From IMG/VR virus record IMGVR_UViG_3300045988_115142: a stretch of DNA of 64,000 bases; one strand, written 5' to 3'. How positions within the stretch are numbered: position 1 is the first letter of the stretch; every line of letters begins with the position of its first letter. Shown here piece after piece: positions 37,252 to 46,141 of this stretch. The notes beneath the pieces are model-generated. The model searched no databases, was not told where the DNA came from, and saw only the letters and a program-made list of their open reading frames with translations. Source of the stretch: a virus. The translations under genes and the position numbers were made by a program.

Positions 37252-40200
37252 TTAGTGTTCTACTTCTACTGTAGTGATATTAGCGAATGGGTTGTGCCAT
37301 TCAGTACCATTCCAGTATACAGGAACGCCAAGAGTTGTATCAAAGTATTGTTGACCAACTACAAGGTTTTCAGTAGGACGTTGTTCTGTAGTACCAGAAG
37401 CAACAGCAGCTAATTTAGCTTTGAGATCATTAATTGTAGACTCAAGTTCTGCTACTTTAGTATCATATACAGTTTTTGCTACAACTTCAGTAGTTTTAGC
37501 AAGACCTTCAATGGAAGGTAATTCAGCTTTAGTAGCAAGACCAGATACATCTGGTAATTCAGATTTCTTAGCGTAAGTGGATTCTACTTCTGTTTTAACA
37601 GCCAAGCCAGATACATCTGGAAGTTCTGTTTTCTTGGCATAAGTAGTTTCTACTTCAGCTGTCTTAGCATAGTCAGCTAATTTAGCTTCAACTTCAGTTG
37701 TTTTAGCTAAACCTTCGATGGAAGGAACTTGTACACCAGCAACAGCAGCTGTAACTTCAGCTTTAGTAGCCAAACCAGAAACGTCTGGTAATTCAGATTT
37801 CTTAGCATAAGTAGTTTCTACTTCGGATGCTTTAGCTAAACCTTCGATAGAAGGAAGTTCAGTTTTCTTAGCGTAACCAGCTAATTTACCATCAACTTCT
37901 GTAACTTTAGCTTCTAATTCACCTTTAGCTTCGTTAATTTTACCATCAACGTTTGTAGAGAATTGGTTGATATTTTGAGTTAAAGTTTCTTCTGTAACAA
38001 AGTCAGTTTTAAGTGCTTCAACTTCAGCTTTAGTAGCTAATGTAGATACATCTGGTAATTCAGTTTTCTTAGCATAAGCTGCTTCGATGTCTGTAGTTTT
38101 AGCTAAACCTTCAATGCTAGGAATAGCAGATGCGTCTGCTTTAGTAGCGAATTTAGCATCAACTGCAGCAACTTCAGCTTTAGTAGCCAAGCCAGATACG
38201 TCTGGAATAGCGGATACATCAGCTTTAGCAGCTAACTTAGTATCAACTTCAGTTGTTTTAGCTAAGCCTTCGATGGAAGGAAGTTCTGTTTTCTTAGCAT
38301 AATCAGCAAGTTTAGCTTCTACTTCAGTAGTCTTAGCCAAACCTTCAATACTAGGAACAGTAACACCAGCAACAGCAGCTGTAACTTCAGCTTTAGTAGC
38401 CAAGCCAGATACATCTGGTAATTCAGTTTTCTTAGCATAAGTAGTTTCCACTTCAGTTTTAACAGCCAAACCAGATACGTCTGGGATAGCAGTCACGTCA
38501 GCTTTAGTAGCCAACTTAGTATCTGTTTCAGCTTTAGTGTAAACATTTTTCACTTTATCAGCAACTGTAGCTAAGTCAGAGTTTTGAGCCAATGCTTTCA
38601 AGCTATTTACTGTTTCTACATCCAAACCAGCAACAGCATTAACTGCTTCTTTAGTAGCATATGTATTAGCGATATCTGCAGTTTTAGCGTAGTCAGCTAA
38701 CTTAGTATCAACTTCAGTAGTCTTAGCCAAACCTTCGATGGAAGGAAGTTCAGTTTTCTTAGCATAAGCTGCTTCGATATCTGTAGTTTTAGCGTAATCA
38801 GCAAGTTTAGCTTCAACTTCAGTTGTTTTAGCCAAACCTTCGATAGAAGGAACTTCTACAGCAGCAACAGCAGATGTAACTTCTGCTTTAGTAGCTAAAC
38901 CAGAAACATCTGGTAATTCAGCTTTCTTAGCGTAAGTAGTTTCCACTTCAGTTTTCTTAGCATAGTCAACTAATTTAGCATCAACTTCTGTACCTTTAAT
39001 GAAACCTTCTACAGAAGGAACAGTAATAGCAGCAACTTCTTGTTTAGTAGCTAAACCAGAAATGTCTGGCAATTCTGTTTTCTTAGCATAATCAGCAAGT
39101 TTAGTATCAACTTCAGTAGTTTTAGCTAAACCTTCGATGGAAGGAAGTTCAGTTTTCTTAGCATAAGTAGCTTCAACTTCAGTTGTTTTAGCTAAGCCTT
39201 CAATAGAAGGAACTTGTACACCAGCAACAGCGGCTGTAACTTCAGCTTTAGTAGCCAATGTGGATACGTCAGGGAGTTCAGTTTTCTTAGCATAAGTAGC
39301 TTCTACATCAGTAGTTTTAGCAAGACCTTCAATACTAGGAACTTGTACACCTGCAACAGCGGCTGTAACTTCTTGTTTAGTAGCAAGACCAGATACATCT
39401 GGAATAGCAGTAACGTCAGCTTTAGCTGCTAATTTGTCATCAGTTTCAGATTTAGTGTAAACGTTTTTCACTTTTTCTGCAACTGTAGTCAAGTCAGAGT
39501 TTTGAGCCAATGCTTTTAATTGGTTTACAGTATCTGCATCCAATCCAGCTACAGCATTTACAGCTTCTTTAGTAGCATAAGTTGCAGCAACTTCAGATGC
39601 TTTAGCCAAACCAGTAACCGCTTCAGTAACTTCAGCTTTAGTAGCTAAACCTTCAATAGAAGGTAATTCAGTTTTCTTAGCGTAGTCAGCAAGTTTAGTT
39701 TCTACGTCTGTAGTTTTAGCAAGACCTTCGATGGAAGGAACAGTAATAGCAGCAACTTCTGCTTTAGTAGCTAAACCAGATACATCTGGTAATTCTGTTT
39801 TCTTAGCATAAGTAGTTTCTACTTCAGCAGTTTTAGCCAAACCGGATACGTCTGGGATAGCGGATACATCAGCTTTAGCTTCTAATTTAGTATCAGTTTC
39901 AGCTTTAGTGTAAACGTTTTTCACTTTTTCTGCAACTGTAGCTAAGTCAGAGTTTTGAGCTAAAGTTTTCAAAGTATTTACAGTGTCAGCATCTAAGCCA
40001 GCTACTGCATTTACAGCTTCTTTAGTAGCATAAGTTTCAGCAACTTCAGCTTTTGTAGCTAAACCTTCAACAGAAGGAAGTTCTGTTTTCTTAGCATAAG
40101 TAGCTTCTACTTCAGCAGTTTTAGCATAATCAGCTAACTTAGTATCAACTTCTGTTGTTTTAGCAAGACCTTCGATAGAAGGTAATTCAGCTTTAGTAGC

Positions 40201-42654
40201 TAAGCCAGTTACATCTGGTAATTCAGTTTTCTTAGCGTAGTCAGCTAATTTAGTATCAACTTCAGTTGTTTTAGCTAAGCCTTCGATAGAAGGAACTTGT
40301 ACACCTGCAACTGCAGCTGTAACTTCAGCTTTAGTAGCGTAGTCAGCAAGTTTAGTTTCTACGTCTGTAGTTTTAGCTAAACCTTCAATACTAGGAACAG
40401 TAATAGCAGCAACTTCAGCTTTAGTAGCTAAACCAGAAACGTCTGGGATAGCAGTAACGTCAGCTTTAGCTGCAAGTTTATCATCAGTTTCAGCTTTAGT
40501 GTAAACGTTTTTCACTTTTTCTGCAACTGTAGTTAAATCGGAATTTTGTGCTAAAGTTTTCAAAGTGGATACAGTATCTGCATCTAAACCAGCTACTGCA
40601 TTGATAGCTTCTTTAGTAGCATATGTATTAGCAATTTCAGCTGTCTTAGCATAGTCAGCTAATTTAGTATCTACTTCTGCAGTTTTAGCGTAGTCAGCAA
40701 GTTTAGCTTCAACCTCAGTAGTCTTAGCCAAACCTTCAATACTAGGAACTTGTACACCAGCTACTGCATCAGTTACTTCTTGTTTAGTAGCAAGACCAGA
40801 TACGTCTGGAAGTTCAGTTTTCTTAGCATAAGTAGTTTCAACTTCAGAAGCTTTAGCAAGACCTTCAACAGAAGGTAATTCGGTTTTCTTAGCATAATCA
40901 GCAAGTTTAGCATCTACTTCAGCTGTCTTAGCATAGTCAGCTAATTTAGCTTCAACTTCTGTTGTTTTAGCCAAGCCTTCAATACTAGGAACTTGAACAC
41001 CAGAAACAGCAGCTGTAACTTCAGCTTTTGTAGCTAAGCCAGATACATCTGGGATAGCAGTTACGTCAGCTTTAGCTGCAAGTTTAGCTTCAACTTCAGT
41101 TGTTTTAGCATAGTCAACCAATTTAGCATCGGATTCTGCTTTAGTGTATACATTAGCTACTTTAGCAGCTACAGTAGTTAAGTCAGAGTTTTGTGCCAAA
41201 ACTTTTAATTCAGCAACAGTATCTGCATCTAAACCAGCTACTGCATTGATAGCTTCTTTAGTAGCGTATGTATTAGCGATGTCTGCAGTTTTAGCGTAAT
41301 CAGCTAATTTAGTATCTACTTCTGCAGTTTTAGCAACACCTTCAACAGCAGCTGTAACTTCAGCTTTAGTAGCAAGTGTAGGGATAACTGTAGCGTCAGC
41401 TTTTTCAGCTAATTTAGTATTAACTTCAGCTTCTTTAGCATAGTCAACCAATTTAGCATCTACTTCAGTAGTCTTAGCTAAACCTTCGATAGAATGCAAT
41501 TCAGTTTTCTTAGCATATGCTTCCAATTGAGTTTGAACTTCAACAGCTTTAGCGTAGTCGTTGAGTTTTTCTTCGACAGCAGCTGTTTTAGCATAAGCGG
41601 AAAGATCTTGTTCATGAACGTTTAATTTACCGTCAGTTACATAGAGACCTTCACCAACTTTTACACCACCCAATTCTTCTTCAGAAGCAACTGGAAGTGT
41701 GTATTTTTCTAAGCCAGCAAGTTTTTCTTTTTCTTCTGTTGTGAAGTCTTCAGTAGAAAGTTGTTTACCAACAACTACTTCAACTTTATTCAACATTTTA
41801 GCTTCAATGTCAGCTTTAAGATCATCTACAGCTTTCTTAGATTCTTCTTTAGTAGCGATTTTGTCTGTAGGAAGATTTTCCAATTCATGAGCAATATCAG
41901 CTACTTTTGCTTCTTTAGCTTTGCCTTCTTCGAAGTTAGCTTCAAGAGCACCAACTTGACCTTTCAAAGTATTCAATACTTCATCTACAGCTTGTTTCAA
42001 AACTGTATCTGCAGCTGTATAAGCAGTAGCTACTACTTTATTAGCTTCTTTAATAGTATCTTCAACTTTGCTAAGAGTTACATAGTTGGTATTAGGTTGA
42101 ATGATCAAGTTGTAGTCTAAGGAGTTAGGATCTTCAGTAAGTTGAATAGCTACACCCACATTACCTTTAGTATCAAGGTAGAAGTGACCATTAACCAAGT
42201 TTTGTGGACGAACTGTAGCATCTTTTACCAAAGAGCATACAGATGCATCGAATTTAGAAAGGTTAACATAAGAAGCACCATTAACGACACCCAAGTTAAC
42301 ACCGTCGAAATAGAATACGCCTTCTTTAGCACCAGCTGGTTGTTGAGAAGCATCTTCTACGTAGTTAATAGGACGAGCCTTAGGATCAATGAATTTAGTC
42401 CATTGATCATTAACCATACCCGCAACGCCACCGTTTTTATCTACATAGAAACGACCTTTGCGGATTGTTTTAACGTCAGGGATGTTATCAATAGAGTCGA
42501 TAACAACAAGAGCATCTGTAAGTTGTACGGAACCTTTGAAGAGTTCACCAGTATCTTCCAAGAAATAGAAAGCATCTTCGTCTACTTTAGTACCAGTAAT
42601 TAATTCACTGTATTTAGCTGCAGTAAGACGTACAAAGCGTTTAATCATGTTCAT
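37252..42654 (-). CDS. giant tandem-repeat fibre protein (1800 aa)
   Basis: The ATG at 42654 has AGGAGG 9 nt upstream and lies just after the stop of 42669..43427, so it is preferred over the track start at 42690. N-terminal adaptor motif, then GGVKVGEGL, then about 1350 aa of PSIEGLAKTTEV(E/D).KLADYAKKTEL / PDVSGLATKAEVTAAVAGVQV repeats. The C-terminus has RPTENLVVGQQYFDTTLGVPVYWNGTEW. Confidence 0.85.
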   Translation of the reverse strand: MNMIKRFVRLTAAKYSELITGTKVDEDAFYFLEDTGELFKGSVQLTDALVVIDSIDNIPDVKTIRKGRFYVDKNGGVAGMVNDQWTKFIDPKARPINYVEDASQQPAGAKEGVFYFDGVNLGVVNGASYVNLSKFDASVCSLVKDATVRPQNLVNGHFYLDTKGNVGVAIQLTEDPNSLDYNLIIQPNTNYVTLSKVEDTIKEANKVVATAYTAADTVLKQAVDEVLNTLKGQVGALEANFEEGKAKEAKVADIAHELENLPTDKIATKEESKKAVDDLKADIEAKMLNKVEVVVGKQLSTEDFTTEEKEKLAGLEKYTLPVASEEELGGVKVGEGLYVTDGKLNVHEQDLSAYAKTAAVEEKLNDYAKAVEVQTQLEAYAKKTELHSIEGLAKTTEVDAKLVDYAKEAEVNTKLAEKADATVIPTLATKAEVTAAVEGVAKTAEVDTKLADYAKTADIANTYATKEAINAVAGLDADTVAELKVLAQNSDLTTVAAKVANVYTKAESDAKLVDYAKTTEVEAKLAAKADVTAIPDVSGLATKAEVTAAVSGVQVPSIEGLAKTTEVEAKLADYAKTAEVDAKLADYAKKTELPSVEGLAKASEVETTYAKKTELPDVSGLATKQEVTDAVAGVQVPSIEGLAKTTEVEAKLADYAKTAEVDTKLADYAKTAEIANTYATKEAINAVAGLDADTVSTLKTLAQNSDLTTVAEKVKNVYTKAETDDKLAAKADVTAIPDVSGLATKAEVAAITVPSIEGLAKTTDVETKLADYATKAEVTAAVAGVQVPSIEGLAKTTEVDTKLADYAKKTELPDVTGLATKAELPSIEGLAKTTEVDTKLADYAKTAEVEATYAKKTELPSVEGLATKAEVAETYATKEAVNAVAGLDADTVNTLKTLAQNSDLATVAEKVKNVYTKAETDTKLEAKADVSAIPDVSGLAKTAEVETTYAKKTELPDVSGLATKAEVAAITVPSIEGLAKTTDVETKLADYAKKTELPSIEGLATKAEVTEAVTGLAKASEVAATYATKEAVNAVAGLDADTVNQLKALAQNSDLTTVAEKVKNVYTKSETDDKLAAKADVTAIPDVSGLATKQEVTAAVAGVQVPSIEGLAKTTDVEATYAKKTELPDVSTLATKAEVTAAVAGVQVPSIEGLAKTTEVEATYAKKTELPSIEGLAKTTEVDTKLADYAKKTELPDISGLATKQEVAAITVPSVEGFIKGTEVDAKLVDYAKKTEVETTYAKKAELPDVSGLATKAEVTSAVAAVEVPSIEGLAKTTEVEAKLADYAKTTDIEAAYAKKTELPSIEGLAKTTEVDTKLADYAKTADIANTYATKEAVNAVAGLDVETVNSLKALAQNSDLATVADKVKNVYTKAETDTKLATKADVTAIPDVSGLAVKTEVETTYAKKTELPDVSGLATKAEVTAAVAGVTVPSIEGLAKTTEVEAKLADYAKKTELPSIEGLAKTTEVDTKLAAKADVSAIPDVSGLATKAEVAAVDAKFATKADASAIPSIEGLAKTTDIEAAYAKKTELPDVSTLATKAEVEALKTDFVTEETLTQNINQFSTNVDGKINEAKGELEAKVTEVDGKLAGYAKKTELPSIEGLAKASEVETTYAKKSELPDVSGLATKAEVTAAVAGVQVPSIEGLAKTTEVEAKLADYAKTAEVETTYAKKTELPDVSGLAVKTEVESTYAKKSELPDVSGLATKAELPSIEGLAKTTEVVAKTVYDTKVAELESTINDLKAKLAAVASGTTEQRPTENLVVGQQYFDTTLGVPVYWNGTEWHNPFANITTVEVEH
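37480..41510 (-). repeat. in-frame tandem and nested coding repeats of the giant fibre gene
   Basis: Short units of ~20-25 aa recur dozens of times. A longer ~55-aa unit (..TYATKEA(I/V)NAVAGLD..TV..LK.LAQNSDL.TVA.KV.NVYTK.E.D.KL) occurs 5 times, at nt ~38530, 39450, 39900, 40500 and 41150. Confidence 0.85.
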
Positions 42655-42668
42655 ATTAGCAGTTCCTC

Positions 42669-43427
42669 CTATTCCTCTACTGTTTCCCATTCAAGAGCTT
42701 TATTCAATTTAGCTCGAGTAATAATTTCAAGGTTAGGATCTGTTTCGGCACCAGCTTTGTTATAAGTTTTGCCGTTTACGAACCAAGTATCACCGTGATC
42801 CAATGTTTCAAATTCAAGAACTTTAGTTGTACCAGCACGTAATTCAAGAGTGTCCAATTCATCTACAAGGATTGTAGCAGGAACTGTTTCACCGCGGGAG
42901 TTAGTAGTTACGTAAGTAACAGTTGGAACTGTTTGACCAACTACTACACACCAACGAATTTTTGCATAGTCAGCTTTAGCTTTCAAGAATACATTGAAAA
43001 CATAAGAAGGTAAGTTTGGAGTTACTTGTGTACGCATGATTGCACCGTCAGACAATGTAATCAAGTTACCATCTACAGCAGGATTACTAGCTGTAGGGTT
43101 ATCGCTAGGAGTAGCATCTTGTACTGTAACAGAGTCCAAAGAACCCCAGTTTTCATCAGTAGTATTACCGTTACCAGGATCGGAAGTTAATTTGAAAATG
43201 CCTGCAGAGAGAACATTAACAAGCATACCCAATTTACGACGTTTCTTAGGGATAGCATTACGTTCTTCAATTGTTTTTACAGAACGATAGCCACCTTGAC
43301 CATACTCTTCGTAATGAGTAGCATAATTATCGGTAGTTTTAAATGGAGCGATACCAGAAGCAACATTAGTGCCAGGGATATCGTAAGCAACAGGGCTTTC
43401 AACGACGCGTCGGTTTGTTGTGTCCAT
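42669..43427 (-). CDS. fibre/baseplate-associated protein (252 aa)
   Basis: AAGGAGG RBS. N-terminal GTNVASGIAPFKTTDNYATHYEEYGQGGYRSVKTIEERNAIPKKRRKLGM is paralogous to the partial ORF at 63815..64000. Confidence 0.75.
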   Translation of the reverse strand: MDTTNRRVVESPVAYDIPGTNVASGIAPFKTTDNYATHYEEYGQGGYRSVKTIEERNAIPKKRRKLGMLVNVLSAGIFKLTSDPGNGNTTDENWGSLDSVTVQDATPSDNPTASNPAVDGNLITLSDGAIMRTQVTPNLPSYVFNVFLKAKADYAKIRWCVVVGQTVPTVTYVTTNSRGETVPATILVDELDTLELRAGTTKVLEFETLDHGDTWFVNGKTYNKAGAETDPNLEIITRAKLNKALEWETVEE

Positions 43428-43583
43428 ATTAAAATTACACCTCCTTAAAAAAATAAAATTATTCTATATAGAATACGAGAAAATAGTAAACTTGAAAATT
43501 TTTCGAAGATACTCTTCTCTTCTATATTATGAAGTTCAGAGATTTTAACACCCTTTTGGAAGGAAAAAAATAAGGGAAGATTT

Positions 43584-43609
43584 GGAGTAGGCTAATATTA
43601 GCCTACTCC
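43584..43609 (-). terminator. palindromic hairpin ggagtagGCTAATATTAGCctactcc, overlapping the stop codon of 43598..44638
   Basis: Perfect inverted repeat. The TAA stop (43598..43600) and the last four codons (HGVG) lie inside the hairpin, and a T-rich tail follows on the minus strand. Confidence 0.6.
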
Positions 43610-44638
43610 GTGGAATTTATTATAAATTTTGCGTTCAATTTCTTTAAGCTCGCATTGTTGCATGAATCTCTTTTCCATACTTCCAATTTCACCTAAATTA
43701 ACAGCTGGACATTCAAAACAGTTGACGTTTTTACAACCTTTAGAACAACCAACTTCTTTGTTCAACTCCATTTCTAATTCTTTAGTTTTATTGAAGTCGA
43801 TACCAGATTTTAAATTACCAATCTTCCATTGTGTGGTCACATATATATTATCATCAGGAACAAACATACCGCAAGGGTATAGATCTCCATTCTTATCGAT
43901 ATGGAGATGAGAACCAAGATGACTACATTTAGAAGCTTCGGATGTTTCTTTATCTGAGTTATATTTAAGAGATTCCCAGTTTATATATCTGAATGAGAAG
44001 AAGCTATATATTCTAGCAACCTTTTCAAACATTTTCTTGCATTTATATATAAACCATTCATCTCTATACAATGGATATTCCATTATATAATACAACTCAA
44101 TAGATTTAGCTCCTCTAGATAGTAAAGCAAGCATAGATTCTTCAATGAATTCTACATTCTTTAGATGTATAGCTATCCTAACTGTTACATTAGGACATTC
44201 TTTGATTATACTATAGATAGCATTATTCACAAAGCCATTGTCATAACAAGACTTACGAATATACTTACTATACTTACCATCCCAGCTTACTTTTACTAAC
44301 TCTTCGTCTAGATATCCGTCTTTAATTAATTCAATTAAAGAATTGAAATATAGACCATTAGTGGTTAGACCAAATCTAAAGTGAACGTCTTTTGTTCTTT
44401 CTAGTTTTCTTATTTCTTTTATCATACGTTTAATACTATCAGAATAGATTAAAGGTTCTCCACCTATAAACTTTACATCTAAAGTATCTCCAGTAGGTAA
44501 ATCTTGTAAGAAATTTTTAAGATCATCGATATCAGTAAATACTCCTTCAGAGACTCCTTCTCCTTGGAAACAATAGTCACAACACATGTTGCATTTATCA
44601 GATACCTTGATCATGATAGATTTGAAGTTATCAAACAC
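43598..44638 (-). CDS. radical SAM / SPASM-domain protein (rSAM-D, 346 aa)
   Basis: GTG start overlapping the upstream stop (GTGTTTGA). It has CNMCCDYC (CX3CX2C) at residues 16-23, a GGEP motif, and C-terminal DLYPCGMF ... CSKGCKNVNCFECPA (SPASM-like Cys cluster). Confidence 0.8.
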   Translation of the reverse strand: MFDNFKSIMIKVSDKCNMCCDYCFQGEGVSEGVFTDIDDLKNFLQDLPTGDTLDVKFIGGEPLIYSDSIKRMIKEIRKLERTKDVHFRFGLTTNGLYFNSLIELIKDGYLDEELVKVSWDGKYSKYIRKSCYDNGFVNNAIYSIIKECPNVTVRIAIHLKNVEFIEESMLALLSRGAKSIELYYIMEYPLYRDEWFIYKCKKMFEKVARIYSFFSFRYINWESLKYNSDKETSEASKCSHLGSHLHIDKNGDLYPCGMFVPDDNIYVTTQWKIGNLKSGIDFNKTKELEMELNKEVGCSKGCKNVNCFECPAVNLGEIGSMEKRFMQQCELKEIERKIYNKFHGVG

Positions 44639-44975
44639 CTACGATCTCTCCAATCACTAAATTCTTCATATATTGATCGAAAGAGCTAAAGTTATAGAAG
44701 TCTACAGAGGTGAAAGTATTATCATAAACCGAATCAACCATATTTATTTCATCTATAGTTACTAGGTTATTATAATTCTTATACACATTTGTATTTACTT
44801 CTTGGAATAGAATACTATCGCTAAATAACTTAGCTCCAAAGTGATTAATAAGAGTTTGGTTATATCTCTTGATAATCTCTTTTAAAATTAACTCGTTTTC
44901 GAAGTTAAGGTTACAATGAATATTAATAGTTTTATCTACGTTCTTTACATAAACGACTAAATTTATAAATTCCAT
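44631..44975 (-). CDS. hypothetical small protein between two radical SAM genes (114 aa)
   Basis: Translationally coupled on both sides. No motif recognised. It may be an rSAM partner or substrate. Confidence 0.6.
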   Translation of the reverse strand: MEFINLVVYVKNVDKTINIHCNLNFENELILKEIIKRYNQTLINHFGAKLFSDSILFQEVNTNVYKNYNNLVTIDEINMVDSVYDNTFTSVDFYNFSSFDQYMKNLVIGEIVGV

Positions 44976-44978
44976 ATT

Positions 44979-46139
44979 TTATCTATCTCTCGCTATCCAA
45001 CTAGGCATCCTGTTAGTTACTTCAGGATCATTAACAAAATTTAATCTACCTAAGATCTTTTTTGTTTGTTGCTCTGTAAGAGCTGGTGCTAGAGTTTCGA
45101 ATATATCACTTTCAAGTTTCTTGAAAGGATGAATATAACAACCCAACCCCTTATGTCTTGTGTAATAAAGCATCGCTGGACACTTATTACAATGGTATTG
45201 ATTACATCCACTACAACCATTATCCCATTCGGTGTAATCTTTGACAAACTTTTGCATTTTGTCATAATCAATACCGTCTTTTACTGTACCAATAATGAAG
45301 TTTTGTTTAAAATTTTCACTAAAAAGAGAACAAGGGTATACATCCCCTGGGGTAGTGACATAAATCATTTTTCCTAAGATCTCACATCCCAAATCGAACG
45401 GTTTCCCTGCGTTTAGAGCACGAGTATAATATAAATAGTTCCAATTTTCATAATCAAATGGTTCGTTATTATATAACTCTGCTATCTTAATAGCTTGGAC
45501 TTTAAACTTCTTGAGAAGTTCTTCATCATGGTAATACATTGGGTCTTCTTTAAGATATAGAGGATAATACTCTATCTTATTACAACCACAATCTCTTGCA
45601 TACTTAACGGAATCGTATAAGTCATCTACTGTTTCATGAGTAAGTGCTATTCTAAGTAAAATATCATTACGATATTTACTTGCCCCAAGTTTAGCTACTT
45701 GATCTCTAAAGAATTGATCATCATATTGGTGTAATTTAGAAAATCGAACTTTTGATGCGGAATATAAACCATCCCAAGACATCTTCATAGACCAAGAGTC
45801 TAATACATTATCATCTAGTAATTCAAAGATACCATCTAAGTTAGTACCATTTGTTACAGTAGATGCAATGACTCTTGTATCTTTATATCGTTCGATCTTC
45901 TTCATTTCCTTCATAAAAGATCTAATTTCATTACAGTATAGACTACATTCCCCGCCAGTAAGTTCAAAGTCTAATACTGGTCCGATATCCATAGTAAGCA
46001 ACAGTTTTCTAAGTTCCCTTGACTTATTAAATACATTAGATTTAGCCTTGGAATCTCTATCAGAGATAATACAATAGCTACAATCTAAGTTACAAAAGCT
46101 ACAGAACTTAATAAGCACATATTTTATAGTATCAAACAT
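44979..46139 (-). CDS. radical SAM / SPASM-domain protein (rSAM-C, 386 aa)
   Basis: CNLDCSYC (CX3CX2C), a GGE motif, and C-terminal DVYPCSLF ... CSGCNQYHCNKCPA. The N-terminus MFDTIKYVLIK is paralogous to MFDNFKSIMIK in rSAM-D. Confidence 0.8.
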   Translation of the reverse strand: MFDTIKYVLIKFCSFCNLDCSYCIISDRDSKAKSNVFNKSRELRKLLLTMDIGPVLDFELTGGECSLYCNEIRSFMKEMKKIERYKDTRVIASTVTNGTNLDGIFELLDDNVLDSWSMKMSWDGLYSASKVRFSKLHQYDDQFFRDQVAKLGASKYRNDILLRIALTHETVDDLYDSVKYARDCGCNKIEYYPLYLKEDPMYYHDEELLKKFKVQAIKIAELYNNEPFDYENWNYLYYTRALNAGKPFDLGCEILGKMIYVTTPGDVYPCSLFSENFKQNFIIGTVKDGIDYDKMQKFVKDYTEWDNGCSGCNQYHCNKCPAMLYYTRHKGLGCYIHPFKKLESDIFETLAPALTEQQTKKILGRLNFVNDPEVTNRMPSWIARDR

Positions 46140-46141
46140 GG

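Noticed and set aside
37480-41510. The regular short repeats could be mistaken for a CRISPR array, as could the 78-nt periodic repeats in 12759..22313.
   Set aside because: The repeats are in-frame coding units of continuous ORFs. They are imperfect at synonymous positions, they are not separated by unique spacers of constant length, and no cas genes or leader are present.
38087-42603. Plus-strand ORFs inside the giant fibre gene (38087..38302, 39214..39432, 41699..41890, 41761..42120, 42142..42603).
   Set aside because: They are antisense shadows of a highly biased repeat gene and have no RBS.
9929-43427. A diversity-generating retroelement (template/variable repeat pair plus reverse transcriptase) acting on the fibre genes.
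   Set aside because: No ORF in the window has reverse-transcriptase motifs (no YxDD-containing candidate). I saw no non-coding near-copy of a fibre 3' end with adenine-specific differences.
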